Assembly: GCF_964213995.1 (NCBI RefSeq)
Contig: NW_027590593.1
Location: forward strand, 62,001 to 126,000
Origin: Mustelus asterias
Lineage: Eukaryota
DNA: 64,000 nucleotides
Direction: 5' to 3'
The notes below the pieces were generated by a model. It searched no databases, had not been told where the DNA came from, and saw nothing but the letters and a program-made list of their open reading frames with translations. Position 1 is the stretch's first letter, and each line of letters starts with the position of its first letter. Below, piece by piece: positions 24,361 through 37,600 of the stretch. The position numbers were made by a program, and so were the translations under genes.

Positions 24361-25854
24361 TGGACTCTGGGGTCATGCCAGCTGATTGGAAAATGGCTAC
24401 TGTTACGCCACTGTTTAAAAAAGGAAGTAGACAAAAGACGGGTAACTACAGGCCGGTTAGCTTAACGTCTGTCGTTGGGAAAATGCTGGAATCCATCATT
24501 AAGGAAGAAATAGCAGGCCATCTGGATAAGAATGGTTCGATCAAGCAGACGCAGCATGGATTCATGAGAGGAAAGTCATGTTTGACGAACTTACTGGATT
24601 TTTATGAAGATGTGACTCGTGTGGTTGATGGAGGGGAACTGGTAGATGTGGCGTTTTTGGATTTCCAAAAGGCATTCGATAAGTTGCCTCACAAAAAGTT
24701 GCTGCAGAAGATTGGGGCACACGGAGTTGGGGGTAGGGTGTTAGCGTGGATTGGGGATTGGCTATCCAACAGGAAGCAGAGAGTTGGAATAAATGGGTGC
24801 TTTTCTGGTTGGCAGATGGTGACTAGTGGCGTGCCGCAGGGATCGGTACTGGGGCCTCAACTGTTTACTATTTACATAGATGATCTGGAGGAGGGGACTT
24901 TGTGTAGGGTAACAAAGTTTGCTGACGACACAAAGATAAGTGGAAAAGTGAATTGCATGGAGGAAGCGGAAGGTCTGCAGAGAGATTTGAATAGGCTGAG
25001 TGAGTGGGCGAGGATCTGGCAGATGGAGTATAATGTTGGCAAATGCGAGGTTATTCACTTTGGAAGAAATAATAGCAAATCGGATTATTATTTAAATGGA
25101 AAAAAGTTACAACATGCTACTGTGCAAAGGGACCTGGGGGTCCTTGTGCATGAGTCGTAAAAACTCAGTCTGCAAGTACAACAGGTGATCAAGAAGGCAA
25201 ATGGGATGTTGGCATTTATCACGAGGGGGATAGAATATAAAAGCAGAGAAGTCTTGCTGCATCTGTGCAAGGCATTGGTGAGGCCGCAGCTGGAATACTG
25301 TGTGCAGTTTTGGTCCCCTTACTTGCGAAAGGATATATTGGCCTTGGAGGGAGTGCAGAGAAGGTTCACCAGGTTGATACCGGAGATGAGGGGTGTAGAT
25401 TATGAAGAGAGATTGCGCAGATTAGGTTTGTACTCGTTGGAGTTTAGAATGCTGAGGGGTGATCTTATAGAGGCATATAAAATAATGAAGGGGCTGGATA
25501 GGGTAGAAGTGGAGAGATTCTTTCCACTTAGAAAGGAAACCAGAACTAGAGGCACAGCCTCAAAATAAAGGGGGGTCAGTTTAGGACAGAGTTGAGGAGG
25601 AACTTCTTCTCTCAGAAGGTGGTGAATCTCTGGAATTCTCTGCCCACTGAAGTGGTGGAGGCTACCTCGTTGAATATGTTTAAGTCACGGATAGATGGAT
25701 TTCTGATCGGTAGGTGAATTAGGGGTTATAGGGATCAGGCGGGTAAGTGAAACTGATTCACTTCAGATCAGCCATGATCTTATTGAATGGCGGGGCAGGC
25801 TCAACGGGCTAGATGGCCTACTCCTGCTCCTATTTCTTATGTTCTTATGTTCTT
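24361..25854 (+). mobile_element. CR1 LINE, 5'-truncated RT with an in-frame stop
   Basis: ORFs 24345..25160 and 25185..25568; (TTCTTATG)n tail; empty site GAGTCACACCC at about 1428-1438. Confidence 0.95.
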
Positions 25855-26805
25855 ACACCCTACCTGCTGTGTGTTGGAACCAGCTCCCTGCACTTGTCCT
25901 TCTTTCAAGGTAGCATCTGCTTCAGCAATCTTTTGTCATTTTTTTCCTTCCAGAGCTCCTAACTCTGAAGAATAGGCAAGCTCGAAGGCAGAAAAGTGAT
26001 CAAAGAATTAATCATAATAGTAAAACCAATTACACATCAGTATCTGAGCCCATCACAGTGCCACAGCAATCAGCTCCTGCTTCATCTGATATTCTTTGAT
26101 GGGTGGGATTGAGAATCAGTCTTTCCAGCATACTGCTGCTTCATATGGACTATCCAGATCAGGCCGAGATTTCAGCAAGGGCCAGATTTAAATTTGCAGC
26201 TTTCTTTTAACTAACTGTGCAGTGGGAAACAAGTCATAGTCAGAAAGTTAGAGTTTTATAGAACAGCTCAATGCCCTTCGGCCCATCGTGTCTGCACCAG
26301 CCATCAGGCGCCTGCCTATTCTAATCCCATTTTACAGCCCCTGCTCCATTGCCTTGCTTGCTATGGTATTTCAGGTACTTGTCTAAATGCTTCTTAAATG
26401 TTGTGAGGTTTACTTTCTCCACCAGCCCCTCTGAATCACCTTCTCCTTAACTTAAATCTTTAACACTTATTATTGACCCATCTACTCAGGGAAAATATTC
26501 CTTCTATCTCTCCTATGTATGTCCTTCATAATTTTGCACACCTTGAAGTTTTACCCTGTTCAGCCTTCTCTGCTCTAAGGAAAGCAACCCCAGCTGATCC
26601 AGCCTCATTTCACAGCAGAAATGCACCAGTATAGGCAACCTCCTGGTGAATCTCCTCGCAATATTTTCTGCTGTAATTACATCCTTCCGATAGTGTGGTG
26701 ACCAAAACTGTGTGCAGTACTCCAGGTGTGACCAAACCAGCATTGTACACTTCCAAGCTAATCTCCCAATGTGTACATTGTTGGGTGATCTCCACATCAT
26801 ACATT

Positions 26806-28066
26806 GGGTGGCACAGTGTCTAGCACTGCAGTATCACAGCACCAGGGACCTGAGTTCAATTCCGGCCTTGGTTCACTATCTGTGTGGAGTTTGAACATTC
26901 TTACCATATCTGTGTGGGTTTCCTTCGGGTGCTCCAGTTTCCTCCCACATTCCAAAGATGTGCGGGTTAGGTGGATTGACCATGCTATGTTGGCAGAGCC
27001 ATCAAGAGTATAGAAACACAGAGGGACCTAGGTGTGCAAGTCCACAAATCCTTGAAGGTGGTGAAGAAGGCATATGGTATGCTTGCCTTTATAGGACAGG
27101 GCATAGAGTATAAAAGTTGGAGTCTGATGATGCAGCTGTATAGAATGCTGGTTAGGCCACATTTGGAGTACTGCATCCAGTTCTGGTCGCCGCACTACCA
27201 GAAGGACATGAAGGCGTTAGAGAGAGTGCAGAGAAGGTTTACCAGGATGTTGCCTCGTATGGAGGGTCTTAGCTATGAGGAGAGATTGGGTAGACTGGGG
27301 TTGTTCTCCCTGGAAAGACGGGGAGTGAGGGGAGACCTAATGGAGGTGTACAAGATTATGAAGGGGATAAATAGGGTGAATGGTGGGAAGCTTTTTCCCA
27401 GATCAGAAGTGACGATCACGAGGTGTCATGGGCTCAAGGTGAGAGGGGCGAAGTATAACTCAGATATTAGAGGGATATTTTTTACACAGAGGGTGGTGGG
27501 GGCCTGGAATGCACTGCCAAGTAGGGTGGTGGAGGCAGACACGCTGATATCGTTTAAGACTTACCTGGATAGTCACATGAGCAGCCTGGGAATGGAGGGA
27601 TACAAACGATTGGTCTAGTCGGACCAAGGAGCGGCACAGGCTTGGAGGGCCGAAGGGCCTGTTTCCTGTGCTGTACTGTTCTTTGTTCTTTAAATTGACC
27701 CTTAATGTCAGGGAGATTTGCAGAATGAATACATGGGGTTACGGGGAAAGGGCCTGGGTGGGATTGTTGTCGGTGCAGGCTCGATGGGCTCAATGACCTC
27801 TCCCTGCACTGTAGGGATTCTACTACTGACAATGCCATGGACCCGGGTTCAATTCTGGTCTCGGGTCACTGTCTGTGTGCAATTTGTACGTTTCCCCCGT
27901 GTCTACATGGCCTTTCTCCCACAGTCCAAAGATGTGCAGGTTAGGTTGATTGGCCATGCTAAATTGCCCCTTTGTGTGGGGTTACAGGGATAGAGCCTGG
28001 CTGGGGTTGTTGCCAGTGCAGGCTAGATGGGCTGAATGGCTTCCTTCTGCACCGTAGGGATTCTAT
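26806..28066 (+). mobile_element. Tandem HE1/V-SINE-like pair (paralogue of 3981-4536), the first split by a CR1
   Basis: SINE 26806-26987 resumes at 27691 (TAAATTGACC); second SINE about 27827-28066. Confidence 0.8.
26988..27690 (+). mobile_element. CR1 3' fragment inserted in a SINE
   Basis: ORF 27034..27618, (GTTCTTT)n tail, empty site GCTAAATTG near 4159. Confidence 0.92.
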
Positions 28067-28361
28067 GCCTCAGCAAATAAAAGCAGGTGTTCCATTTGCT
28101 TACTTATCCACCTCTGTATCTGTCCTGCTGCCTTCTGGGATCTTGTAGCATGAACCCACAGGTCCCTCTGGTCTTCCGTACGTGCGGACGTTCTACTATT
28201 CATTGTGTATTATTTATTCAAAATTCAGGGTTAAATTCCACTTGCCACTGTTTTGCCCATCTGACCAGCCCATCTATATCATCCTGTAATCTAAGACTGC
28301 TGCGCTAATTTTCATGCCATTTGTAAAATTACTGATCATCGCATCCCCACCGCCCCCCCAT

Positions 28362-29221
28362 TGCTTTGAAGTTGGATATATAAGGTTAAAAATGTGGTGT
28401 TTTACAAATGTAAATATTGAAAAGAAATGCTCAGGAAACCAAAATAAATCACATAGCATTGTCTCTTTAAAAAGCATGTGTCTTTATGCTTCGGATTTTA
28501 AACTGCAGGAAGCAGGCTGCAGAAGCAACACTTGTATCCAAAGCAGCAGCCAGAGTTCCAGCGAAGCAAAACAAGCTTTTCAATTGAACCAATGGGTTCA
28601 AGGCAAACACGCTGAGGCACAGAACCAATGGAATTCAAATGTAAGGTTTGTTGACAACCTTAAGCCACTCAAGTCACAGGAATACTGTGAGGTAATTCCA
28701 GGTATTTAAACCCAGACAAGGGGAGATGACAGTTAGAGCAACCTTGCCACCACTTTAGATTGAAGGAGGGAACGGCGAGTCTCTCAAATGAAATCCTGCA
28801 GTAATATATATAGCTTCATCAAATCACCATCTAACTGGGAGAAACCAACTCAGAAAGCATTCCAGACCAAAGCATCAGAAGAAAGTTCATACTTCCAACT
28901 GACGCCTATTATTATATTATTTGAGAGTGACTATATTCTGCACTAGTCCTGAATGAGTCTTGTAATTGGAATAGCATTCTATTGGGGAATTTATTCAGTT
29001 TGCTAATTATTTTAATAAGCTTGTCCCCAGTACTAAAATAAAGATCTGTTAATTGTTCATGATAGAGTGTGGCAGATCCTGCTTCAAGGTACCAAAACCA
29101 GTAGCTTCATACCATCTCTCGCACACTTCCTTAAGAATACGAGGTGAAGTACATCCCTTTTCGGGAGGGGGAGGGGCTTCCAAAATTGCGCAGAGGGAAA
29201 CATCACCTCCGCATCGTAACA
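28362..29221 (+). mobile_element. Solo LTR, paralogue of 4803-5682
   Basis: TG...TCGTAACA ends, CCAT on both flanks, colinear with copy 1. Confidence 0.78.
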
Positions 29222-29254
29222 CCATTCATGTCCAGATCATTAAAGTTCACTACA

Positions 29255-29654
29255 AACAACTAAGGATCCCACACCAACCCCTGTGGTGCACCACTGAACA
29301 CAGGCTTCGAGTCACAGCAACAAGCTCAGATTATCACCCTCTGCCTCCTGCCCGAAGTCAATCTTGGATCCAAACTGCCCAGTACCCCATGTCTCTTACC
29401 TTTTTGATCTGAATTCCATGGAGGCTGCACTGGCCTCACCTTAACACAGACTCACCTCTTACTTGTGGGGACGCTGATGTCTCCCAAAGCTGCTGAAGCG
29501 AAGCCCACTCCCCTCACTGAGTGACACTGGGCAGTGTGGATCCAAGATTGACTTCGGGCAGGAGGCAGAGGGTGATAGTCTGAGCTTGTTGCTGTGACTA
29601 GAAGCCTGTGTTCAGTGGTGTACCACAGGGGTTGGTGTGGGGTCCTTAGTTGTT
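29255..29654. repeat. 129-bp inverted duplication
   Basis: 29526-29654 is the reverse complement of 29255-29383; absent in copy 1. Confidence 0.9.
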
Positions 29655-29699
29655 GGGGGAGACAGATATTCAATTTGCAGTCATTCCCTGCAGCTTGTT

Positions 29700-30010
29700 A
29701 AAGTAAAGTTTATTTAAAGTAAAGTTTATTTATTTATTAGTCACAAGGAGGCTTACATTCACACTACAATGAAGTGATTGTGAAAATCCCCGAGTCGCCA
29801 CAGTCTGGCGCCTGTTCGGCTAGCACTGAGGGACAACTCAGCATGGCCAATTCACCTAACCTGCACATCAGTGGACTGTGCGAGGAAACCAGAGCTGGGG
29901 GAAATCCACGCAGACATGGGGAGAAAGCACAAACTCCACACAGACAGTGACCCAAGCCAGGAATCGAACCCAGGTCCCTGGCGCCGTGAGGCCACTGTGC
30001 CACCCACGGT
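29700..30010 (-). mobile_element. HE1/V-SINE-like SINE, paralogue of 6295-6606
   Basis: Colinear with the copy-1 SINE. Confidence 0.78.
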
Positions 30011-30132
30011 GTGTTTGTTATCACACTATCACCCATCCCGTCAAATCCAGAGATTCTCCAAACAAGAACTTTATCAGTTGACTGAATTTTCACCCTTTTC
30101 CAATTCTAAATTGAATGAACAGGTAAATCACC

Positions 30133-30545
30133 TTGGTCCACACGCTCCCCTGGTATACGCATTCCCCTGATATATGCACCTCCCTGGTTTGTGTACCTCC
30201 CTGGTTTGCACACTCCCCTGGTTTGCACACTCCTCTCATTTGTGCATTCCCCTGGTTTGCGCAGTCCCCTGGTTGCGCACTACCCAGGTTTGCGCACTCC
30301 CCAGGTTTACGCACTCCCCAAGTTTGTGCACTCCCCTGGTTTGTGCACTCCCCTGGTTTGTGCATTCCCTTGATTTACACACTCCCCTGGTTTGCATGCT
30401 CCCCTGGTTTATGCGCTTCCCTGGTTCATGCACTCCCTGGGTTTGCGCACTGCTGGGTTTGCGCACTCCCCTGGTTCACACAGTCCCCAGGTTTGTGCAC
30501 TCCCCAAGTTTCCATGCTCCCCTCGTTTGCACACTCCCCTGGTTT
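30133..30545. repeat. Degenerate 17-bp repeat (left edge of the satellite)
   Basis: About 24 diverged units, often with TTTGCGCA or TTTGTGCA variants. Confidence 0.9.
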
Positions 30546-31675
30546 TGATTTGATTTGATTTACTATTGTCACATGTATTAACATACAGTGAAAAGTATTG
30601 TTTCTTGTGCACTCTACAGACAAAACATACCGTTCATGGAGAAGGAAATGAGAGAGTGCAGATTGTAGTGTTACAATCATAGCTAGGATGTAGAGAAAGA
30701 ACAACTTAATGCAATGTAAGTCCATTCAAAAGTCTGACAGGAACAGGGAAGAAGCTGTTCTTGAGTCAGTTGGTACATGATTCGGTTGTATATTTTTCCC
30801 GAAGGAAGATGGTGGAATAGCGAATGTCTGGGATGCATGGCGTCCGTAATTATGCTGGCTGCTTTGCCGAAGCAGCAGGAACTATAGACAGAGTCAATGG
30901 ATGGGAGGTTATTTTGTGCGATGGATTGGGCTACATTCATGACCTTTTGTAGTTCCTTGCGGTCTTGGGCAGAGCAGGAGCCCATACCAAGCTGTGATAC
31001 AACCAGAAAGAATGCTTTCTATGGTACATCTGTAAAAGTTAGTGAGATTAGTAGCTGACATGCCAAATTCCCTTAGTCTTCTGAGAAAGTAGAGGCGTTG
31101 GTGGGCTTTCTTAACTATAGTGTCAGCATGGGGGGACCAGGACAGGTTGTTGGTGATCTGGACACCAAAAAATGTGAAGCTCTCGACCTTTTCTACTTCA
31201 TCCCCGTTGATGTAGACTGGGGCACGTACTCCTTTACACTTCCTGAAGTCGATGACAATCTCCTTCATTTTGTTGACATTGAGGGGGAGATTATTGTTGC
31301 TGCACCAGTTCACCAGATTCTCCATCTCATTCCTGTACTCTGTCTCGTCATTGTTTGAGATCCGACCCACTACGCTGGTGTCGTCAGCAAACTTGAAAAT
31401 CGAATTGGAGGAGAATTTGGTATATAAGGAGTATAGTAGGGGGCTGAAAACACAGCCTTGTGGGGCGCTGGTGTTGAAGATGATCGTGGACGAGGTGTTC
31501 TTGCCAATCCTTACTGACTGTGGTCTGTGAGTTAGGAAGTTCAGGATCCAGTCATAGAGGGAAGTTCCGAGGCCCAGGCCACGGAGTTTGGAGATGAGTT
31601 TTGTGGGAATAATTGTGTTGAAGGCTGAGCTGGAGTCAATAAATAAGAGTCTGACATAGGTGTCCTTGTTATCTA
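30546..31675 (-). mobile_element. Non-LTR retrotransposon RT fragment, Rex1/Babar-like, 5'-truncated
   Basis: [48 protein letters not shown]; (TCAAA)n tail; GGTTT on both flanks (30541-30545, 31676-31680). Confidence 0.85.
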
Positions 31676-34600
31676 GGTTTGCACACTCTCCTGGGTTAAT
31701 ACACTCCCCTGATTTACACACTCCCCTGGTTTACACACTCCCCTGGTTTACACACTCCCCTGGTTTACACACACCCCTGGTTTACACACTCCCCTGGTTT
31801 ACACACTCCCCTGGTTTACTCACTCCCCTGGTTTACTCACTCCCCTGGTTTACTCACTCCCCTGGTTTACACACTCCCCTGGTTTACTCACTCCCCTGGT
31901 TTACTCACTCCCCTGGTTTACACACACCCCTGGTTTACTCACTCCCCTGGTTTACTCACTCCCCTGGTTTACTCACTCCCCTGGTTTACACACTCCCCTG
32001 GTTTACTCACTCCCCTGGTTTACTCACTCCCCTGGTTTACACACACCCCTGGTTTACTCACTCCCCTGGTTTACTCACTCCCCTGGTTTACACACTCCCC
32101 TGGTTTACTCACTCCCCTGGTTTACTCACTCCCCTGGTGTACACACACCCCTGGTTTACACACTCCCCTGGTTTACACACTCCCCTGGTTTACTCACTCC
32201 CCTGGTTTACACACACCCCTGGTTTACACACTCCCCTGGTTTACACACTCCCCTGGTTTACACACTCCCCTGGTTTACACACTCCCCTGGTTTACTCACT
32301 CCCCTGGTTTACACACACCCCTGGTTTACACACTCCCCTGGTTTACACACACCCCTGGTTTACACACTCCCCTGGTTTACACACTCCCCTGGTTTACACA
32401 CACCCCTGGTTTACACACACCCCTGGTTTACACACTCCCCTGGTTTACACACTCCCCTGGTGTACACACTCCCCTGGTTTACACACACCCCTGGTTTACA
32501 CACTCCCCTGGTTTACACACACCCCTGGATTACACAAACCCCTGGTTTACACACTCCCCTGGTTTACACACTCCCCTGGTTTACACACACCCCTGGTTTA
32601 CACACTCCCCTGGTTTACACACTCCCCTGGTTTACACACTCCCCTGGTTTACACACTCCCCTGGTTTACACACACCCCTGGTTTACACACTCCCCTGGTT
32701 TACACACCCCCCTGGTTTACACACTCCCCTGGTTTACACACACCCCTGGTTTTCTCACTCCCCTGGTTTACACACTCCCCTGGTTTACACACTCCCCTGG
32801 TTGACACATTCCCCTGGTTTGCACATTCCCCTGGTTTACACACTCCCCTGGTTTACACACACCCCTGGTTTACACACTCCCCTGGTTTACACACTCCCCT
32901 GGTTTACACACACCCCTGGTTTACACACTCCCCTGGTTTACACACACCCCTGGTTTACACACTCCCCTGGTTTACACACTCCCCTGGTTTACACACACCC
33001 CTGGTTTACACACACCCCTGGTTTACACACTCCCCTGGTTTACACATTCCCCTGGTTTACACACTCTCCTGGTTTACACACTCCCCTGGTTTACACACAC
33101 CCCTGGTTTACACACACCCCTGGTTTACACACACCCCTGGTTTACACACTCCCCTGGTTTACACACTCCCCTGGTTTACACATTCCCCTGGTTTACACAC
33201 TCTCCTGGTTTACACATTCCCCTGGTTTACACACTCTCCTGGTTTACACACTCCCCTGATTTACACACACCCCTGGTTTACACACTCCCCTGGTTTACAC
33301 ACACCCCTGGTTTACACACACCCCTGGTTTACACACTCCCCTGGTTTACACATTCCCCTGGTTTGCACATTCCCCTGGTTTACACACTCCCCTGGTTTAC
33401 ACACTCCCCTGGTTTACACACTCCCCTCGTTTACACACACCCCTGGTTTACACACTCCCCTGGTTTACACACACCCCTGGTTTACACATTCCCCTGGTTT
33501 ACACACTCCCCTGGTTTACACATTCCCCTGGTTTGCACACTCCCCTGGTTTACACACACCCCTGGTTTACACACACCCCTGGTTTACACACTCCCCTGGT
33601 TTACACATTCCCCTGGTTTACACACTCTCCTGGTTTACACATTCCCCTGGTTTACACACTCTCCTGGTTTACACACTCCCCTGATTTACACACACCCCTG
33701 GTTTACACACTCCCCTGGTTTACACACACCCCTGGTTTACACACACCCCTGGTTTACACACTCCCCTGGTTTACACATTCCCCTGGTTTGCACATTCCCC
33801 TGGTTTACACACTCCCCTGGTTTACACACTCCCCTGGTTTACACACTCCCCTCGTTTACACACACCCCTGGTTTACACACTCCCCTGGTTTACACACACC
33901 CCTGGTTTACACATTCCCCTGGTTTACACACTCCCCTGGTTTACACATTCCCCTGGTTTGCACATTCCCCTGGTTTACACACACCCCTGGTTTACACACA
34001 CCCCTGGTTTACACACTCCCCTGGTTTACACACACCCCTGGTTTACTCACTCCCCTGGTTTACACACTCCCCTGGTTTACACACTCCCCTGGTTTACTCA
34101 CTCCCCTGGTTTACACACACCCCTGGTTTACACACTCCCCTGGTTTACACACTCCCCTGGTTTACACACTCCCCTGGTTTACACACTGCCCTGGTTTACA
34201 CACTCCCCTGGTTTACACACACCCCTGGTTTACACACTCCCCTGGTTTACACACTGCCCTGGTTTACACACTCCCCTGGTTTACACACTCCCCTGGTTTA
34301 CACACTGCCCTGGTTTACACACTGCCCTGGTTTACACACTCCCCTGGTTTACACACTCCCCTGGTTTACACACTGCCCTGGTTTACACACTCCCCTGGTT
34401 TACTCACTCCCCTGGTTTACACACTGCCCTGGTTTACACACACCCCTGGTTTACACACACCCCTGGTTTACACACTCCCCTGGTTTACACACTGCCCTGG
34501 TTTACACACTCCCCTGGTTTACTCACTCCCCTGGTTTACACACTGCCCTGGTTTACACACTCCCCTGGTTTACACACTCCCCTGGTTTACACACTGCCCT

Positions 34601-37600
34601 GGTTTACACACTCCCCTGGTTTACTCACACCCCTGGTTTACACACTGCCCTGGTTTACACACTGCCCTGGTTTACACACTCCCCTGGTTTACACACTCCC
34701 CTGGTTTACACACTCCCCTGGTTTACTCACTCCCCTGGTTTACACACTGCCCTGGTTTACACACTCCCCTGGTTTACACACTCCCCTGGTTTACACACTC
34801 CCCTGGTTTACACACTCCCCTGGTTTACACACTCCCCTGGTTTACTCACACCCCTGGTTTACACACTGCCCTGGTTTACACACTGCCCTGGTTTACACAC
34901 TCCCCTGGTTTACACACTCCCCTGGTTTACACACTCCCCTGGTTTACACACTCCCCTGGTTTACTCACTCCCCTGGTTTACACACTGCCCTGGTTTACAC
35001 ACTCCCCTGGTTTACACACTCCCCTGGTTTACACACTGCCCTGGTTTACACACTCCCCTGGTTTACACATTCCCCTGGTTTACACACTCCCCTGGTTTAC
35101 ACACTCCCCTGGTTTACTCACTCCCCTGGTTTACACACTGCCCTGGTTTACACACTCCCCTGGTTTACTCACTCCCCTGGTTTACACACTGCCCTGGTTT
35201 ACACACTCCCCTGGTTTACACACTCCCCTGGTTTACACACTGCCCTGGTTTACACACTCCCCTGGTTTACACATTCCCCTGGTTTACACATTCCCCTGGT
35301 TTACACACTCCCCTGGTTTACACACTCCCCTGGTTTACACACTCCCCTGGTTTACACACTCCCCTGGTTTACTCACACCCCTGGTTTACACACTGCCCTG
35401 GTTTACACACTGCCCTGGTTTACACACTCCCCTGGTTTACACACTCCCCTGGTTTACACACTCCCCTGGTTTACACACTCCCCTGGTTTACTCACTCCCC
35501 TGGTTTACACACTGCCCTGGTTTACACACTCCCCTGGTTTACACACTCCCCTGGTTTACACACTGCCCTGGTTTACACACTCCCCTGGTTTACACATTCC
35601 CCTGGTTTACACACTCCCCTGGTTTACACACTCCCCTGGTTTACACACACCCCTGGTTTACACACACCCCTGGTTTACACACACCCCTGGTTTACACACA
35701 CCCCTGGTTTACACACACCCCTGGTTTACACACACCTCTGGTTTACACACACCCCTGGTTTACCCACACCCCTGGTTTACACACTCCCCTGGTTTACACA
35801 CACCCCTGGTTTACACACTCCCCTGGTTTACACACTGCCCTGGTTTACACACACCCCTGGTTTACACACTCCCCTGGTTTACACACACCCCTGGTTTACC
35901 CACACCCCTGGTTTACACACTCCCCTGGTTTACACACACCCCTGGTTTACACATTCCCCTGGTTTACACACTCCCCTGGTTTACACATTCCCCTGGTTTA
36001 CACACTCCCCTGGTTTACACATTCCCCTGGTTTACTCACTCCCCTGGTTTACACACTGCCCTGGTTTACACACTCCCCTGGTTTACACACACCCCTGGTT
36101 TACACACTCCCCTGGTTTGCACACACCCCTGGTTTACACACTCCCCTGGTTTACACACACCCCTGGTTTACACACTCCCCTGGTTTACACACACCCCTGG
36201 TTTACACACTCCCCTGGTTTACTCACTCCCCTGGTTTACACACTCCCCTGGTTTACACACTCCCCTGGTTCACACACCCCTGGTTTACACACTCCCCTGG
36301 TTTACTCACTCCCCTGGTTTACACACTCCCCTGGTTTACACACTCCCCTGGTTTACACACTCCCCTGGTTCACACACCCCTGGTTTACACACTCCCCTGG
36401 TTTACACACTCCCCTGGTTTACACACTCCCCTGGTTCACACACCCCTGGTTTACACACTCCCCTGGTTTACACACTCCCCTGGTTTACACACTCCCCTGG
36501 TTCACACACCCCTGGTTTACACACTCCCCTGGTTTACACACTCGCCTGGTTTACACACTCCCCTGGTTTACACACTCCCCTGGTTCACACACCCCTGGTT
36601 TACACACTCCCCTGGTTTACACACTCCCCTGGTTTACACACACACCCCTGGTTTACACACTCCCCTGGTTTACACACTCCCCTGGTTTACACACACACCC
36701 CTGGTTTACACACTCCCCTGGTTTACACACTCCCCTGGTTTACGCACTCCCCTGGTTTACACACTCCCCTGGTTCACACACCCCTGGTTTACACACACAC
36801 CCCTGGTTTACACACTCCCCTGGTTTACACACTCCCCTGGTTTACACACTCCCCTGGTTTACACACACCCCTGGTTTACACACTCCCCTGGTTTACACAC
36901 TCCCCTGGTTTACACAGTCCCCTGGTTTACACACTCCCCTGGTTTACACACACCCCTGGTTTACACACTCCCCTGGTTTACACACTCCCCTGGTTTACAC
37001 ACTCCCCTGGTTTACACACACACCCCTGGTTTACACACTCCCCTGGTTTACACACACCCCTGGTTTACACACTCCCCTGGTTTACACACACACCCCTGGT
37101 TTACACACTCCCCTGGTTTACACACTCCCCTGGTTTACACACTCCCCTGGTTTACACACACCCCTGGTTTACACACTCCCCTGGTTTACACACTCCCCTG
37201 GTTTACACACACCCCTGGTTTACACACTTCCCTGGTTTACACACACCCCTGGTTTACACACTCCCCTGGTTTACACACTCCCCTGGTTTACACACACCCC
37301 TGGTTTACACACTGCCCTGGTTTACACATTCCCCTGGTTTACACACTCCCCTGGTTTACACATTCCCCTGGTTTACACACTCCCCTGGTTTACACACACC
37401 CCTGGTTTACACACTCCCCTGGTTTACACACACCCCTGGTTTACACACTGCCCTGGTTTACACACTCCCCTGGTTTACACACTCCCCTGGTTTACACACT
37501 CCCCTGGTTTACACACTCCCCTGGTTTACACATTCCCCTGGTTTACACACTCCCCTGGTTTACACACTCCCCTGGTTTACACATTCCCCTGGTTTACACA

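Larger units (their letters stand above)
19858..30545. repeat. Segmental duplication, copy 2
   Basis: Matches copy 1 once three copy-2 CR1 insertions and one copy-1 CR1 insertion are removed. Confidence 0.95.
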
